Shown here: positions 33,568 through 43,227 of the stretch, piece by piece
Numbering within the stretch: the stretch's first letter is position 1
Layout of the letters: every line of letters starts with the position of its first letter
Assembly: GCA_963823665.1 (NCBI GenBank)
Contig: CAWGMQ010000010.1
Location: 1,152,001 to 1,216,000, forward strand
Direction of reading: 5' to 3'
DNA: 64,000 bases
From: an uncultured Planctomycetota bacterium
GTDB lineage: Bacteria > Planctomycetota > Planctomycetia > Isosphaerales > Isosphaeraceae
The notes under the pieces: generated by a model
Seen by the model: the letters and a program-made list of their open reading frames with translations, nothing else
Told to the model about the DNA's origin: nothing
Databases searched by the model: none
Translations under genes and position numbers: made by a program

Positions 33568-34233
33568 ATGGCTCGATTAGCGCGTGTCGTTGCTGCTGGT
33601 TTGCCGCACTATATTACCCAGAGGGGAAACCGTCGCCAGCAGACATTCTTTTGTGATGAAGATTACCAGACTTATCTGGAATTGATGGGTGAGTGGTGCG
33701 GCGCGCACGACGTCCAGATCTGGGCGTATTGCCTGATGCCTGACCATGTGCATTTGATCGCGGTTCCCGAATCGGCGGATGGATTGAGACGCGCGCTCGG
33801 AGAGGTCCACCGACGTTACACACGGATGGTCAACTTCCGCGAGGGTTGGCGCGGACATCTATGGCAGGGCCGATTCGCCTCATACGTACTGGATAACCCC
33901 TACCTGCTGACGGCCGCACGGTACGTCGAGCTTAACCCGGTGCGCGCGGGGCTGGCGGAGACGCCAAGGCGGTATCGATGGAGCAGCGCCGCAGCCCATA
34001 TCCGTGGCCGCGATGACGAGCTCGCCACGGTCGGACCTCTGCTTGAGCTGGCCCCGAAATGGCGCAGTTTTCTCGCGAGGGTGATTCGAGAGGAGGACAT
34101 AGAGCTCCTTCGATCGCACGAACGGACCGGCCGGCCGCTGGGAGAGGAAGCGTTTCTGGCAAGGCTCGAAAAGAAACTGGGGAGAATCCTGAGAAAGCAA
34201 AGACCTGGTCCGAAGGGACGGGCGAAGAAATAA
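33568..34233 (+). mobile_element. Y1/HUH transposase (IS200-like, RAYT type)
   Basis: HYITQRGNRRQ, YCLMPDHVHL, GHLWQGRF, YVELNPVRAGL, RWSS; GGGGACAC upstream. Confidence 0.9.
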
Positions 34234-34247
34234 TTCGCAGACACGGT

Positions 34248-35060
34248 CTAGGAGCCCGGCCGCCATATGAGGATCTCGCCTTTGCCCGGAACCGACGCGT
34301 CTCCTATGAAACGGTTATAAGTGCCGTTTCGGACGTTATTGGGGATTGAGAATTTCAGAGCATCGAGCTGCTTGGTGTACAGATTCAAGAACACGGGATT
34401 GTACGCGCAGGCATACGAAAACGTCGGCAGCATCTGGAGTTCCTTGAACGAGACGATCGTGCCGCGGACCATCCAGGCACCGGTCCGAATCTCAGCGCCT
34501 GCCATGAGGAAAATCGTTCCTCCTTTCATCTGCAAGCCGGCAAAATCTCGCACAGGGCCCCGGACTGCGATCGTCCCTCGTTTCATCCGCATCCCGACTT
34601 CCAAGCCTGCAGAGCCGCCGATCAATATCGTGCCGTTTTGCATGCCGGAGGTGCTTCCCCGGTAGGCCGCTCCGACTTGACCGCCAGCATTGCCGTGAAT
34701 CCGGATCAGCCCATCGGTCATCTCGGCGCCGACCCAGTCCGAGGCGTTGCCCGTCACTTCGATCGTTCCGCCTTTCATGTAGGCCCCAAGATGCATGCCT
34801 GCGTTGCCGTGGATCGTGATGCTGCCGCGCGTCATGCCCTTGCCGATCCATTTCACGTTGCGGGCGTCGCCTCGAATCTCGAGGTCGTCATTTCCGTCGC
34901 CCTCAACGTCGAAAAAGTCATCGACGCGGCACTGGCGCTTTCCCAAGAAGACGGGTAGGCCGCGCACTTGATCGGGTGCCAAGCCGGCGATCGCGTCGGG
35001 GCAGAGGGCTTCGGCCTCTAGCGGAACACTGGGCTGTTCTTTCAGGGTGAAAACGATCAT
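34248..35060 (-). CDS. fwdC: Formylmethanofuran dehydrogenase subunit C
   Basis: PLEAEALCPD N-terminus, GXGXG beta-helix repeats, GKGEILI end. Confidence 0.93.
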   Translation of the reverse strand: MIVFTLKEQPSVPLEAEALCPDAIAGLAPDQVRGLPVFLGKRQCRVDDFFDVEGDGNDDLEIRGDARNVKWIGKGMTRGSITIHGNAGMHLGAYMKGGTIEVTGNASDWVGAEMTDGLIRIHGNAGGQVGAAYRGSTSGMQNGTILIGGSAGLEVGMRMKRGTIAVRGPVRDFAGLQMKGGTIFLMAGAEIRTGAWMVRGTIVSFKELQMLPTFSYACAYNPVFLNLYTKQLDALKFSIPNNVRNGTYNRFIGDASVPGKGEILIWRPGS

Positions 35061-35075
35061 GCGGGCAGACTTCGC

Positions 35076-36701
35076 CTATTTGCAGGACTGGATTTCCGGC
35101 CGTTCGATGCGTTCCAGCTCCACGGGGTAGTTCTCGAACGACATGGTGTAATACTGCTGAAACAATGGCCGCAAGTACGCCTCGATTGATTCATCGTAAG
35201 TGGGATGAACGACGAATCCGCGGCCGTTGCTGATGTTGCGGATCTCTCCTTCCTCGACCACGATCTCTCCGCCCTTGATGACGTAGCGTGGATACCGGAA
35301 TAACAGTTCGCCATCCGGCTTTTCGTTGTAGATGGTGATGTCGGCGTCGGCGCCCACACCCAGGTGTCCTTTTTGCGACAGCCCGAGGGCTCTGGCAGGG
35401 CCGGCGGACGTGATGATGGCAATCTCCGACAGCGTGTATTCTCGGTCGAGATCTGCCAGGACCGTGCGCCCGAGCGCCTTGGCGGGCAGCGCCTTGACGC
35501 GCTCCCGACGTTGATCCGCGTTCATGAGCAGGTGGATGATTTCGGGATAACGCCAGAAACATGCGCCGTTGGGATGATCGGTTGTGAGGAAGATTCGCCA
35601 GGGGTCGTTGATCAGCAACAAGAGCTCGAGGCCAACGGCCCATTGCACGGCGTTGACCACATTGCTTCCCTTGTACGTATAAGGGACGATGCCGCAACCG
35701 GTCTCGTTCTCAACGTCAAGGTTGCCCCATTTTCGGCCGGTGAGCTGATAGAGGAAGTGCTGCCAAGGACCATCGGCGGTGACCGTCACGGCGTTGCCGA
35801 ACAGGATCGCACCGGCATCGGCAGTCAGGTTGGGATGGGCGTTGAAATACTCGGCGAGCGTCGCGGCCTCGGAGCGCATCGTGTCCCAACTGTCGCCGCC
35901 GTAGGAATGGAATTGCAGATGCGCCATGTGCGCACGAGATCCCTCCAGGACCTTCATGGTCTCGAGGGTCGTGATGACGTTGCCTGGTGCGCCGAGGTTG
36001 TTGCAGTGCAGATGAAGCGGATGTGGCAAGCCAAGTTGATCGACGATCTGTGCCAGGCCGGCGACGATCGCGGCCGGCGTCACTTTGCTGTAGCCGGGTA
36101 CCGGCTCGAACATCGCTTTGGCGTCTTTGCCCCACTTCCACGCCGTGACCCCGCCGGGATTAACCGCTTTCACCCCGTATGCTTTGGACGCCCAGATCAG
36201 CCAGGCGACGACATCCTTGGCCCGTTCGGTTTCGCCGGCCTCGAGCAGGTCGAGCACGATTTCATTATTGGCCATGAGTACGCAGCAACCCTTATCCACG
36301 ATCGGAGTGTCGCGCAGCTCCTCATGAGTGTGCTTGGCGGTCAGCACCGGGACGGCGGCTTCGATCACGGTCGTATAGCCCATTCCGGCGTAGAGATAGC
36401 CGGTGGCGAACGTCGTGGGCGTGGGGCCACCGATTCCTGCACGACGCTGTGCGGTGCGGAGGAAGGGCGTGGCCTGGCGCTGGTTCTCAGGGGTCATCGC
36501 CCGCGCGAAGTTGAGCGCGGCGCCGGCGACGTGGGTGTGGATATCCACGCCACCGGGGAAGATGAACATGCCGGTTGCGTCGATCACGCGGCCACCTTCG
36601 ACCTCCGACACGATCCGGCCGTCCGAGATGCACAGGTCCTTGACCACGCCATCGATGCCATTCGCGGGATCATAGACCTTCCCGCCGGTGATTCGCAGCA
36701 T
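35076..36701 (-). CDS. fwdA: Formylmethanofuran dehydrogenase subunit A (amidohydrolase)
   Basis: VYDPANG, DIHTH, YGVKAVNPGG, HLHCNNLG, HLQFHSYG, TTDHPNG. Confidence 0.95.
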   Translation of the reverse strand: MLRITGGKVYDPANGIDGVVKDLCISDGRIVSEVEGGRVIDATGMFIFPGGVDIHTHVAGAALNFARAMTPENQRQATPFLRTAQRRAGIGGPTPTTFATGYLYAGMGYTTVIEAAVPVLTAKHTHEELRDTPIVDKGCCVLMANNEIVLDLLEAGETERAKDVVAWLIWASKAYGVKAVNPGGVTAWKWGKDAKAMFEPVPGYSKVTPAAIVAGLAQIVDQLGLPHPLHLHCNNLGAPGNVITTLETMKVLEGSRAHMAHLQFHSYGGDSWDTMRSEAATLAEYFNAHPNLTADAGAILFGNAVTVTADGPWQHFLYQLTGRKWGNLDVENETGCGIVPYTYKGSNVVNAVQWAVGLELLLLINDPWRIFLTTDHPNGACFWRYPEIIHLLMNADQRRERVKALPAKALGRTVLADLDREYTLSEIAIITSAGPARALGLSQKGHLGVGADADITIYNEKPDGELLFRYPRYVIKGGEIVVEEGEIRNISNGRGFVVHPTYDESIEAYLRPLFQQYYTMSFENYPVELERIERPEIQSCK

Positions 36702-36741
36702 GTGGTCTCCGCTCGCTCTAGAACTGCTCTCGAGTCTTCCG

Positions 36742-38073
36742 CTAACTCATGGCCATCTGGGCTTCAGGGGAGGGTGCAAACGGGGGCTTGGCTGCAACGG
36801 CTTCATGAATCCGGCGGATGACTTCTTCGTCGGTGGGATAGGGCGAGTCGAGCGCCGGTCGAAGGGGCAGGGGGATTTCATCCATGCGGTAGACAGTGCC
36901 TGGAGCGCTGATTCCCGTTGCGGCCGTCGTTATGTGGACGCGTGCCAGGCGGCTGGTGTGCGTCACTTTGGGGTCGAGGACGATGGTGGGAATCCGGGCC
37001 AGGTGTTCAATTCCGGGTTGTGGCATGGTCGCGCCGGGATCGGCGCCCAGGATCAGCGCGGCATCGACATCGCCCCGAACAAGCAAGTCGACCGTCGAGA
37101 ATTCTCCCGGGTTGTAGCGCGGGTAGCCGCGGCATAGATTCACGCCGAAGGGATAGCCTGTGGTCCAACGCATGACCATGTCTGAACCGGTGACGTTTCC
37201 GTGTCCGCGCATGGGCATGGCGACGAACTTCGTGAAGGCGTTGAGCTCGGCCGCGAGCGCCAGCACGGCGGCGGAGTTCATGTGCTTGCCGCGGGTCATC
37301 GACAGGCCCATACCAAAGAAGATTACTCCGAAGCGGGCATTCTTCATCCGGTCGGCAAAATCGTGTAATTGCTCGAGGGAGAGCCCCGTTTCCTCCACAA
37401 TCTCCTTGTTCACCGGTTGGTTTTTGATGAGAGCCCTCAAAGTCGTGAGGACTTCAAAGTCTTTTCCCGGCTTGATTTGAAGGAACAGATCCGATGCTCT
37501 CTCGCTGGGCGTCTCACGAATATCAACCAGCACCATCGTGCGGCCCTTGCGGCCGTTGGGCACGAACTTCCCTTTTTGGGTGAGCGTGTACTTCGTGAAG
37601 TGCCGGGGATGGCATTCGGCGGGATTGCCTCCCCAGTAAACGATGAAGTCAGCCCGGTTTTTAATTTCGCCTAACGTACAAGTCACCTTGCCACCCAACT
37701 GGGCGGCGATTTCCGTTGGACCGTGTCATAGTGATGTGTGGCTATCGATCACTCCACCGATCGCTTCGGTGAGCGCCACGGCCTCTCGCTGGGCCTCGCA
37801 GGTGATATTGCTCATTCCATAGACCAAGGGCATGCTGGCCGCATAAAGATAATTGGCAGCGGCCTGCACGGCGGCATCGACCGAGGCCGGCTGACCATCA
37901 ATGAGCGAATCCGGGTAGAGCCGTTCGGCTGTGTGGTTTTTGAACCAGGACTCTCCGAGGCTGCACGCGCCCTTCGTTTTAACGATTCGCTCGGGCTCGG
38001 CATGCAGCTCGATATCGTCGCAAACGCAGCCGCAGAACGTGCAGGTCGCGTGCTGAACAATCTTCAGGCTCAT
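36742..38073 (-). CDS. fwdB: Formylmethanofuran dehydrogenase subunit B, probable selenocysteine at codon 116 (TGA 37726..37728), 443 aa
   Basis: CTFCGCVCDD..C Fe-S motif; DSHTSL-TGA-HGP in frame; TLGEIKNRAD, HPRH, MRGHGNV. Confidence 0.9.
37690..37707 (-). promoter_or_regulatory. Bacterial SECIS-like hairpin
   Basis: GCCGCCC-AGUU-GGGUGGC; apical loop begins 25 nt after UGA with G at loop position 2. Confidence 0.7.
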
Positions 38074-38181
38074 CGCAAAGTTCCTCAGATCGGGGGCCAT
38101 TGGAAATTCGAGGCGCTGGTTTGGCGGAGTCTTCCCTTATCGGGTCTTGCTTTCGCCCGGACCGGGCGGTACGACGAACGT

Positions 38182-38343
38182 TCAGCCCAGCTCGCGGCCG
38201 AGCAGACTTCCTCTGATCCGGCGCGGCCGATATCTTCCCGTCTCGATCATCTCCCAGGCCGGGGACTTCGCCGGTTCCGCTTCTTGACCGAGCGGAGCCG
38301 TGTCGGATCCGGCAGCATTGATCGGGTTTCTGGAAGTTTCCAC
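38182..38343 (-). CDS. Small ORF (53 aa) inside the fwd operon
   Basis: Strong SD AAGGGAGGT before GTG; fills the fwdD-fwdB gap. Confidence 0.4.
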   Translation of the reverse strand: METSRNPINAAGSDTAPLGQEAEPAKSPAWEMIETGRYRPRRIRGSLLGRELG

Positions 38344-38393
38344 TCTAGACCTCCCTTCTTTGAAAGAAAGCACAGTGCCTGTTTTTGCGAGCG

Positions 38394-38774
38394 TCAGGAT
38401 GAAGGCAGCTCTGCCGAAGGCTGCGCCGGGCCTTCGGGCGTGATCGGTTCAAGTTCGACTTCCCAGCCTTTGGAGGTGGGCATTCCCGTTCCATCCGTGT
38501 CCTGGCCCATGAGGCGGCAAGTTGGCGGGCCGTACGGCACGAATATCATTCCCGGGGGGACTTTTCCCTCCTTGCAATGAAAGACACCCTCGCCGGTCTC
38601 GGATCGGACCCGGACGGTGCCTCCCGAGACGATTCCGACCTCTTTCATATCGTCTGGGTGCATGATCAATGTGCTGACGAGCGCCTGGTATTCGGCGCTA
38701 TCTTTGCCAATGTTGATCTGCTGGCCTTGCTTCGTCGTGCGGCCCGCGTTCATGATGAAGCGCCTGGCCGTCAT
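38394..38774 (-). CDS. fwdD: Formylmethanofuran dehydrogenase subunit D (molybdopterin dinucleotide-binding)
   Basis: GRTTKQG, MHPDDM, GMIFVPYGP, TDGTGMPTSKG. Confidence 0.9.
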   Translation of the reverse strand: MTARRFIMNAGRTTKQGQQINIGKDSAEYQALVSTLIMHPDDMKEVGIVSGGTVRVRSETGEGVFHCKEGKVPPGMIFVPYGPPTCRLMGQDTDGTGMPTSKGWEVELEPITPEGPAQPSAELPSS

Positions 38775-39029
38775 CGGGAAAGTCCTCTGCGCTCGATGGC
38801 TACACTGGATCTCGAGGCGGCGTGAGTTGTTGCGGCGGGAAGCGACACCGAAATCTATCCCTCTAAATCAATCGCATTCACGGGCGGCGCACGACCAGGA
38901 CTCATTCTACCTGTTTCGCGGCCAGGGTAAAGGGAAAGCCTCTAGTGCTGGCCGGATTAGACCAGGTCGTGACCCCTCACGGTTTGAATAAGACCACGGG
39001 GCTCGGGATCATCGGATTCGAGCCCCGAG

Positions 39030-39272
39030 TCAGGACGAAGTCGTGGCCGCGGCGCGGCGACTGGGCGTGAAGCGGATCGACAGCCGGGACGGGCCGTGCA
39101 CGCTCAGCGCCTGGCGCGGCTCCCACGGCGCGTCGGTCGCCAGCTCGAACTCGTCAACGCGCTCCAGGAAATCGGCAGCGCGATTCGCGCCTCCAGCCGC
39201 GCCAGCGGAGCGCCAAGGCAGGCGTGGATGCCGTGCCCGAACGCCAGGTGCGGGTTCGGGGTACGGGCGATG
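39030..39272 (-). pseudogene. Cytochrome P450 3' remnant
   Basis: [28 protein letters not shown] haem-Cys motif, then (frameshift) [19 protein letters not shown]. Confidence 0.85.
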
Positions 39273-39306
39273 AGGACACGTCACTGTTGTTCTCTGCATC
39301 AAGCGT

Positions 39307-40569
39307 TCAGGCCATGGTTCGGCTGGGGACCTCGTCGCGATCGAGGTACGCGGGCCTTGGGACCGAGGGGACTCGCGGGGCGCCACCGCGCAGCCACCGG
39401 CCAATCCAACTGCGGCGAACGCAGGCCTCGTAGGTGAGGAGGCTCCAGGCCAGACCGAGCGCAAGCGCGAGCAGGAACTTGATGGAACTGGGAAGTGCGA
39501 CCAGGAAGAGGTTTGCCTGAATGAGCCCGACGACCGGGAAGTGCGCCAGGTACACCCAGTAGGAGGAGTCGGAGAGGTACTTCATCACTCGGCCGCCATA
39601 TCGTGCCAGGTGCGCGCACACGCCTAGCGATCCATAAAGCGTCAGCCAGCCGAAGAGCGACGCCGAGGCGACCGACACCCAGGCGGCCGATCCCGTCAAG
39701 GAAGCTGCGAGGTCCAGAGGCAGCCAACTTACCCGCACCATGAGCGCGACGGCCGAGCCGGCGAGGAACAACCAGGGCAGGGGCCCGCGGGTTAGCGCGG
39801 GCAGACGAGTCCGGCCCGAGTGCCACGCCAGTCCCGCGATGAAGAACAGGCTGTGATGAAGCCAGCGGATCGGGTTGATCAGGAAGCTGTTCCCCAGGTC
39901 CAGGATGGGGTCGACGCCGTTCCACCAGTGCCCCAGCCACAGGATCAGCGTGGTGGGTATCGCCAGCATCAAGGGGGCCAGGGGCGAACAGAAATGGCTC
40001 AGCACGCCATTCAAGTTGCGTGGCCGTTGCCGGCGCCAGAATTGAACGACGCCCAGAAGGGCCAGCATCGGAATCAGATAGGCCATGAACCAGAGATGGG
40101 CCGGGCCGAACCGATTGGCCTGAATCTGAGGGTCGGCGAAGCTTAACTCGAGCAGTTCGGCAACGTCACAACGGCCGGCGAGGTAAAGGCCAAGCATCCA
40201 GATGAGAATCGTGGGAACCAGGATCGCCGGAAGCGCCGCCAGGAAGGGTAGGCCGATCCGGCGCACGCGATCGAGCGCATAGCCGCGCGTTCCCTTGGCT
40301 TCAAGCACCGCCGCCGCCGCATAGCCGGCCAGCGCGAAGAATGCGGGCATGGTGGCACCGTAGGACCACCATGCGAATTGCTGGACGAGTTCGGAACCGG
40401 CCGGTTCGTGGACCAGCCAGATCAGTCCGGGAATCCGAACCGTCATGTATGCGGCCGAGGCATGGAGGGCGACGACGGCAACCATCGAGACCACGCGCAG
40501 GGCATCGAGGGCAGCGACTCGATCGCTGGTTGGCGCATCCCGGCGAACGCTGGCCCTGGCGGCTGGCAT
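39307..40569 (-). CDS. Acyltransferase-3 family membrane protein (OpgC/MdoC-like)
   Basis: ALDALR..LH, MPAFFALAG, HLWFMAYL, SYWVYLAH. Confidence 0.88.
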   Translation of the reverse strand: MPAARASVRRDAPTSDRVAALDALRVVSMVAVVALHASAAYMTVRIPGLIWLVHEPAGSELVQQFAWWSYGATMPAFFALAGYAAAAVLEAKGTRGYALDRVRRIGLPFLAALPAILVPTILIWMLGLYLAGRCDVAELLELSFADPQIQANRFGPAHLWFMAYLIPMLALLGVVQFWRRQRPRNLNGVLSHFCSPLAPLMLAIPTTLILWLGHWWNGVDPILDLGNSFLINPIRWLHHSLFFIAGLAWHSGRTRLPALTRGPLPWLFLAGSAVALMVRVSWLPLDLAASLTGSAAWVSVASASLFGWLTLYGSLGVCAHLARYGGRVMKYLSDSSYWVYLAHFPVVGLIQANLFLVALPSSIKFLLALALGLAWSLLTYEACVRRSWIGRWLRGGAPRVPSVPRPAYLDRDEVPSRTMA

Positions 40570-40973
40570 GGCTCGTCTCCCTTCGCACGGGACCGTTGCG
40601 CTTCTCGCTGACTCGGCACTCGGCCTTCGCAGACGCTTGCGTGCACGAACTTGACAAAAAATCCAGGCCGATTCGCGAAATGAATCCGATCGGAAGAAAT
40701 GTGCCGGTACTGGCTGGGCTCGCAGACGCTAGAAACGGTCGAACGGCATGTTTCTCAGCCGGCGGCAGAGGCTCGGGGCGTATCCACACGTTCTGGAAGG
40801 CGGCCATCTCCACAAGCTGAGCCAATGGCTGGTGACTGCGCCCGGCGAGGCCGCTCGCCAGATTATGCAGCGGATCTACACAAAAGCAAATTTCCACACG
40901 CGACTTGGAACACTCTGGGGCAGAGCGTCCGAACTGGACGTGTTTGCGTCCATTCGTGGGCGCGGGGAAATCG

Positions 40974-43019
40974 TCAGATTGTGAACGTCCCGTACACGTT
41001 GTTGTCACTGGTGGATGCCGTGTTTGCCACGATCAGCGATTTCTTGAGCGTTACGCCGGCGCCTGCGGTGACGAACAACCCGCCGCCGTTGCCGTCGCCG
41101 TCAGTGCCGCCGCTGCCGGCTAATCCGCCCAGGGCCAGATTGGCTGCCACGGTGGTCTGCTCGAGTGTCGCGGTGCCGCCTGCGCCGACGAAGGCGCCGC
41201 CGCCTGAGCCGTCGCCACCGCTGCCGCCCGATCCGCCAATGCCGCCCTGGGCGATGTTAGCGATCAAGACGCTACTGCTAAGATCCAATGATGATGTGTC
41301 GGGAACTCCGAAGACGCTGCCCGTGGCCACGCTGATGGCACCGCCGAATCCGTCACCACCCGTCGAGCCGGCGCTGCCGGCGCCGCCCTGGGCGAGATTG
41401 CCTGCGAAGAGGGAACCGGCGATGGTTGTGGTCGCTGCGAACGAACCATCGAGACCGCCGCCCGTGGCGTCGCCACCGCCGCCACCGCCGGAACCCGCAA
41501 TGGCACGGTTACTGACGAGAACGCAGTTGGTTACCGTGAAGTTGGAACCGTTGTTCTCGATGCCGCCGCCCGCTGCACCGCCGCCGATCGTGGACGGACA
41601 TGAGCCGCCTTGAGCCAGGTTGTAATCCACTGTGCTGTTCATGACCGTGACGTTGCCTCCGGCGGTAACGGCGATGCCACCACCGAAAGCGAATGCGTTT
41701 GAGGAGCCGGCGGGGTTTGCCCCTCCGCTGCCGGCGATGGCACGGTTGCCGATCAGCGTGCAGTCGTTCAGAGACAGGGTCCCACCTCCGCCGGCTTGCA
41801 TGGCGCCACCACCGGCCTGGCTGGCGAACGAACCGGAGGCGCTGGGATCGCCGCCGCCCTGGGCTAAGTTGTTGGTAAACACGCAATTCGTGGCGTTCAC
41901 CGTTGTGCCCGGCACATCTTCAAGTAACGCCCCGCCGAAGCCGCCGCTGCCCTGGCCGCCGAATGAACCGTTGAAGGTACCGGCGAGGGACTCGTTGGCC
42001 GTGAACGAGCTGTTGTTCAGAGTCAGCGTGCATCCTTCTGTGTTGATTGCGCCGCCGTCTGAATTGCATCCCGCGCCACCCGTCGCGATGTTGCCCGCAA
42101 AGGAAGAACCGGCGATTGTCGCGATCACTCCGAACTCCAGGTCAATCGCGCCTGCAACGCCGTAATCCGAGCCACTCGCCGCGACGGCTTCGTTGCCGAC
42201 GAACGTGCTGCTATAGACGTTCAAAGTCGAAGCGTTGGGCAGGCTCGGCGGAGGGGATCCGAAGCTCTCGATGGCACCGCCCGTGCTGCCGTCGAAATAG
42301 CTCGAGCTTCCGCCGCCGGTGGCCTGATTGCCGATGAACTCGGAGTTTGCGACGGTGGCACTGCCCAGGTTCATAAGGGCGCCGCCGAAGGAGTCATTCC
42401 CTGGGGTGGCCGCCGCGACGTTGTTGGTCAGGAGACTGTGCGTGAGGGTCAGGGTGGCGCCGACTTCGTTGTCGATCCCGCCGCCGTTGGCGGCATCGGG
42501 CGTGGTGCTATCGCCGCTGCCGCCGATGGCCGTATTGGCGGTCAGCGTGCACTGGCTAACGGTCAAGGTGCCGAAGTTGTCGATTCCTGCTCCCTGAACG
42601 GCCATTCCATTGGCGATTGTCAAGTTTTCGATTGTCGCCGTGACGCCCGCGGAGACCACAAAATCGCCCTCGGTTCCACCGCCGCTGACTGTCAGGTTGC
42701 CGGCACCAAGGCCGTCGATGGTCAGGTTGGTGCCGAGCACCAGCGGGCCGGACGTCAAGGTGATTGTTTGACCCTTGAGCTTCGAAGAAAAGTCGATGGT
42801 GTCGCCGCTGGTGGCGACGGCAACGGCTGCTCGGAGCGAGCCATTGCCACTGTCGTTGTTGTTCGTGACCGTCAGCGTGCTGAGCAACGTGCGGTTTTCC
42901 ATCAAGTCGATGCCGGGTACAAATCGCCTCGGGAGGGCATCAGAACGGGGATGCGGCGATATTCCCCTTCGAATCACTCCGATCGATGCCTTTGACAGGC
43001 TCTCAAAGCGCAGCATCAT
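40974..43019 (-). CDS. Secreted Gly-rich right-handed beta-helix protein
   Basis: MENRTLLSTLTVTNNNDSGNGSLRAA, then N.A.GG...GGAI repeats. Confidence 0.88.
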   Translation of the reverse strand: MMLRFESLSKASIGVIRRGISPHPRSDALPRRFVPGIDLMENRTLLSTLTVTNNNDSGNGSLRAAVAVATSGDTIDFSSKLKGQTITLTSGPLVLGTNLTIDGLGAGNLTVSGGGTEGDFVVSAGVTATIENLTIANGMAVQGAGIDNFGTLTVSQCTLTANTAIGGSGDSTTPDAANGGGIDNEVGATLTLTHSLLTNNVAAATPGNDSFGGALMNLGSATVANSEFIGNQATGGGSSSYFDGSTGGAIESFGSPPPSLPNASTLNVYSSTFVGNEAVAASGSDYGVAGAIDLEFGVIATIAGSSFAGNIATGGAGCNSDGGAINTEGCTLTLNNSSFTANESLAGTFNGSFGGQGSGGFGGALLEDVPGTTVNATNCVFTNNLAQGGGDPSASGSFASQAGGGAMQAGGGGTLSLNDCTLIGNRAIAGSGGANPAGSSNAFAFGGGIAVTAGGNVTVMNSTVDYNLAQGGSCPSTIGGGAAGGGIENNGSNFTVTNCVLVSNRAIAGSGGGGGGDATGGGLDGSFAATTTIAGSLFAGNLAQGGAGSAGSTGGDGFGGAISVATGSVFGVPDTSSLDLSSSVLIANIAQGGIGGSGGSGGDGSGGGAFVGAGGTATLEQTTVAANLALGGLAGSGGTDGDGNGGGLFVTAGAGVTLKKSLIVANTASTSDNNVYGTFTI

Positions 43020-43055
43020 CGTGCTCTCCTGGTGTTGAGGAAGAGTTCAAGGTCG

Positions 43056-43092
43056 TCACAGACAGTTACGCACTGGCCCGCTGAATCTTTCA
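43056..43092 (-). promoter_or_regulatory. Conserved bipartite promoter-like motif (second copy 49643..49679)
   Basis: TG(A/T)AAGA(T/A)TC-variable spacer-TGCGTA(A/T)C..TCTGTGA with identical spacing in both copies. Confidence 0.5.
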
Positions 43093-43227
43093 AAGCGATT
43101 GCGAGTTCTTTTGATTCAGTGGCCGCGGAAGGTTCGGGTCTGGCGGAACTCTAATCGGGAGCAAAAACCATCAGGGCAGCGCTCGTGGTCGCCAGGTAGC
43201 GGCCGTAAGGACGCTTTGGCCAACGCG

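Noticed and set aside
35364..36821. Long antisense ORFs (also 567..1478, 3786..5168, 5175..6368, 57508..58572)
   Set aside because: Shadow frames of GC-rich genes on the opposite strand
36742..38100. fwdB as a pseudogene or two genes
   Set aside because: The stop is a TGA at the metal-ligand codon with a SECIS-like hairpin, and both halves are otherwise intact
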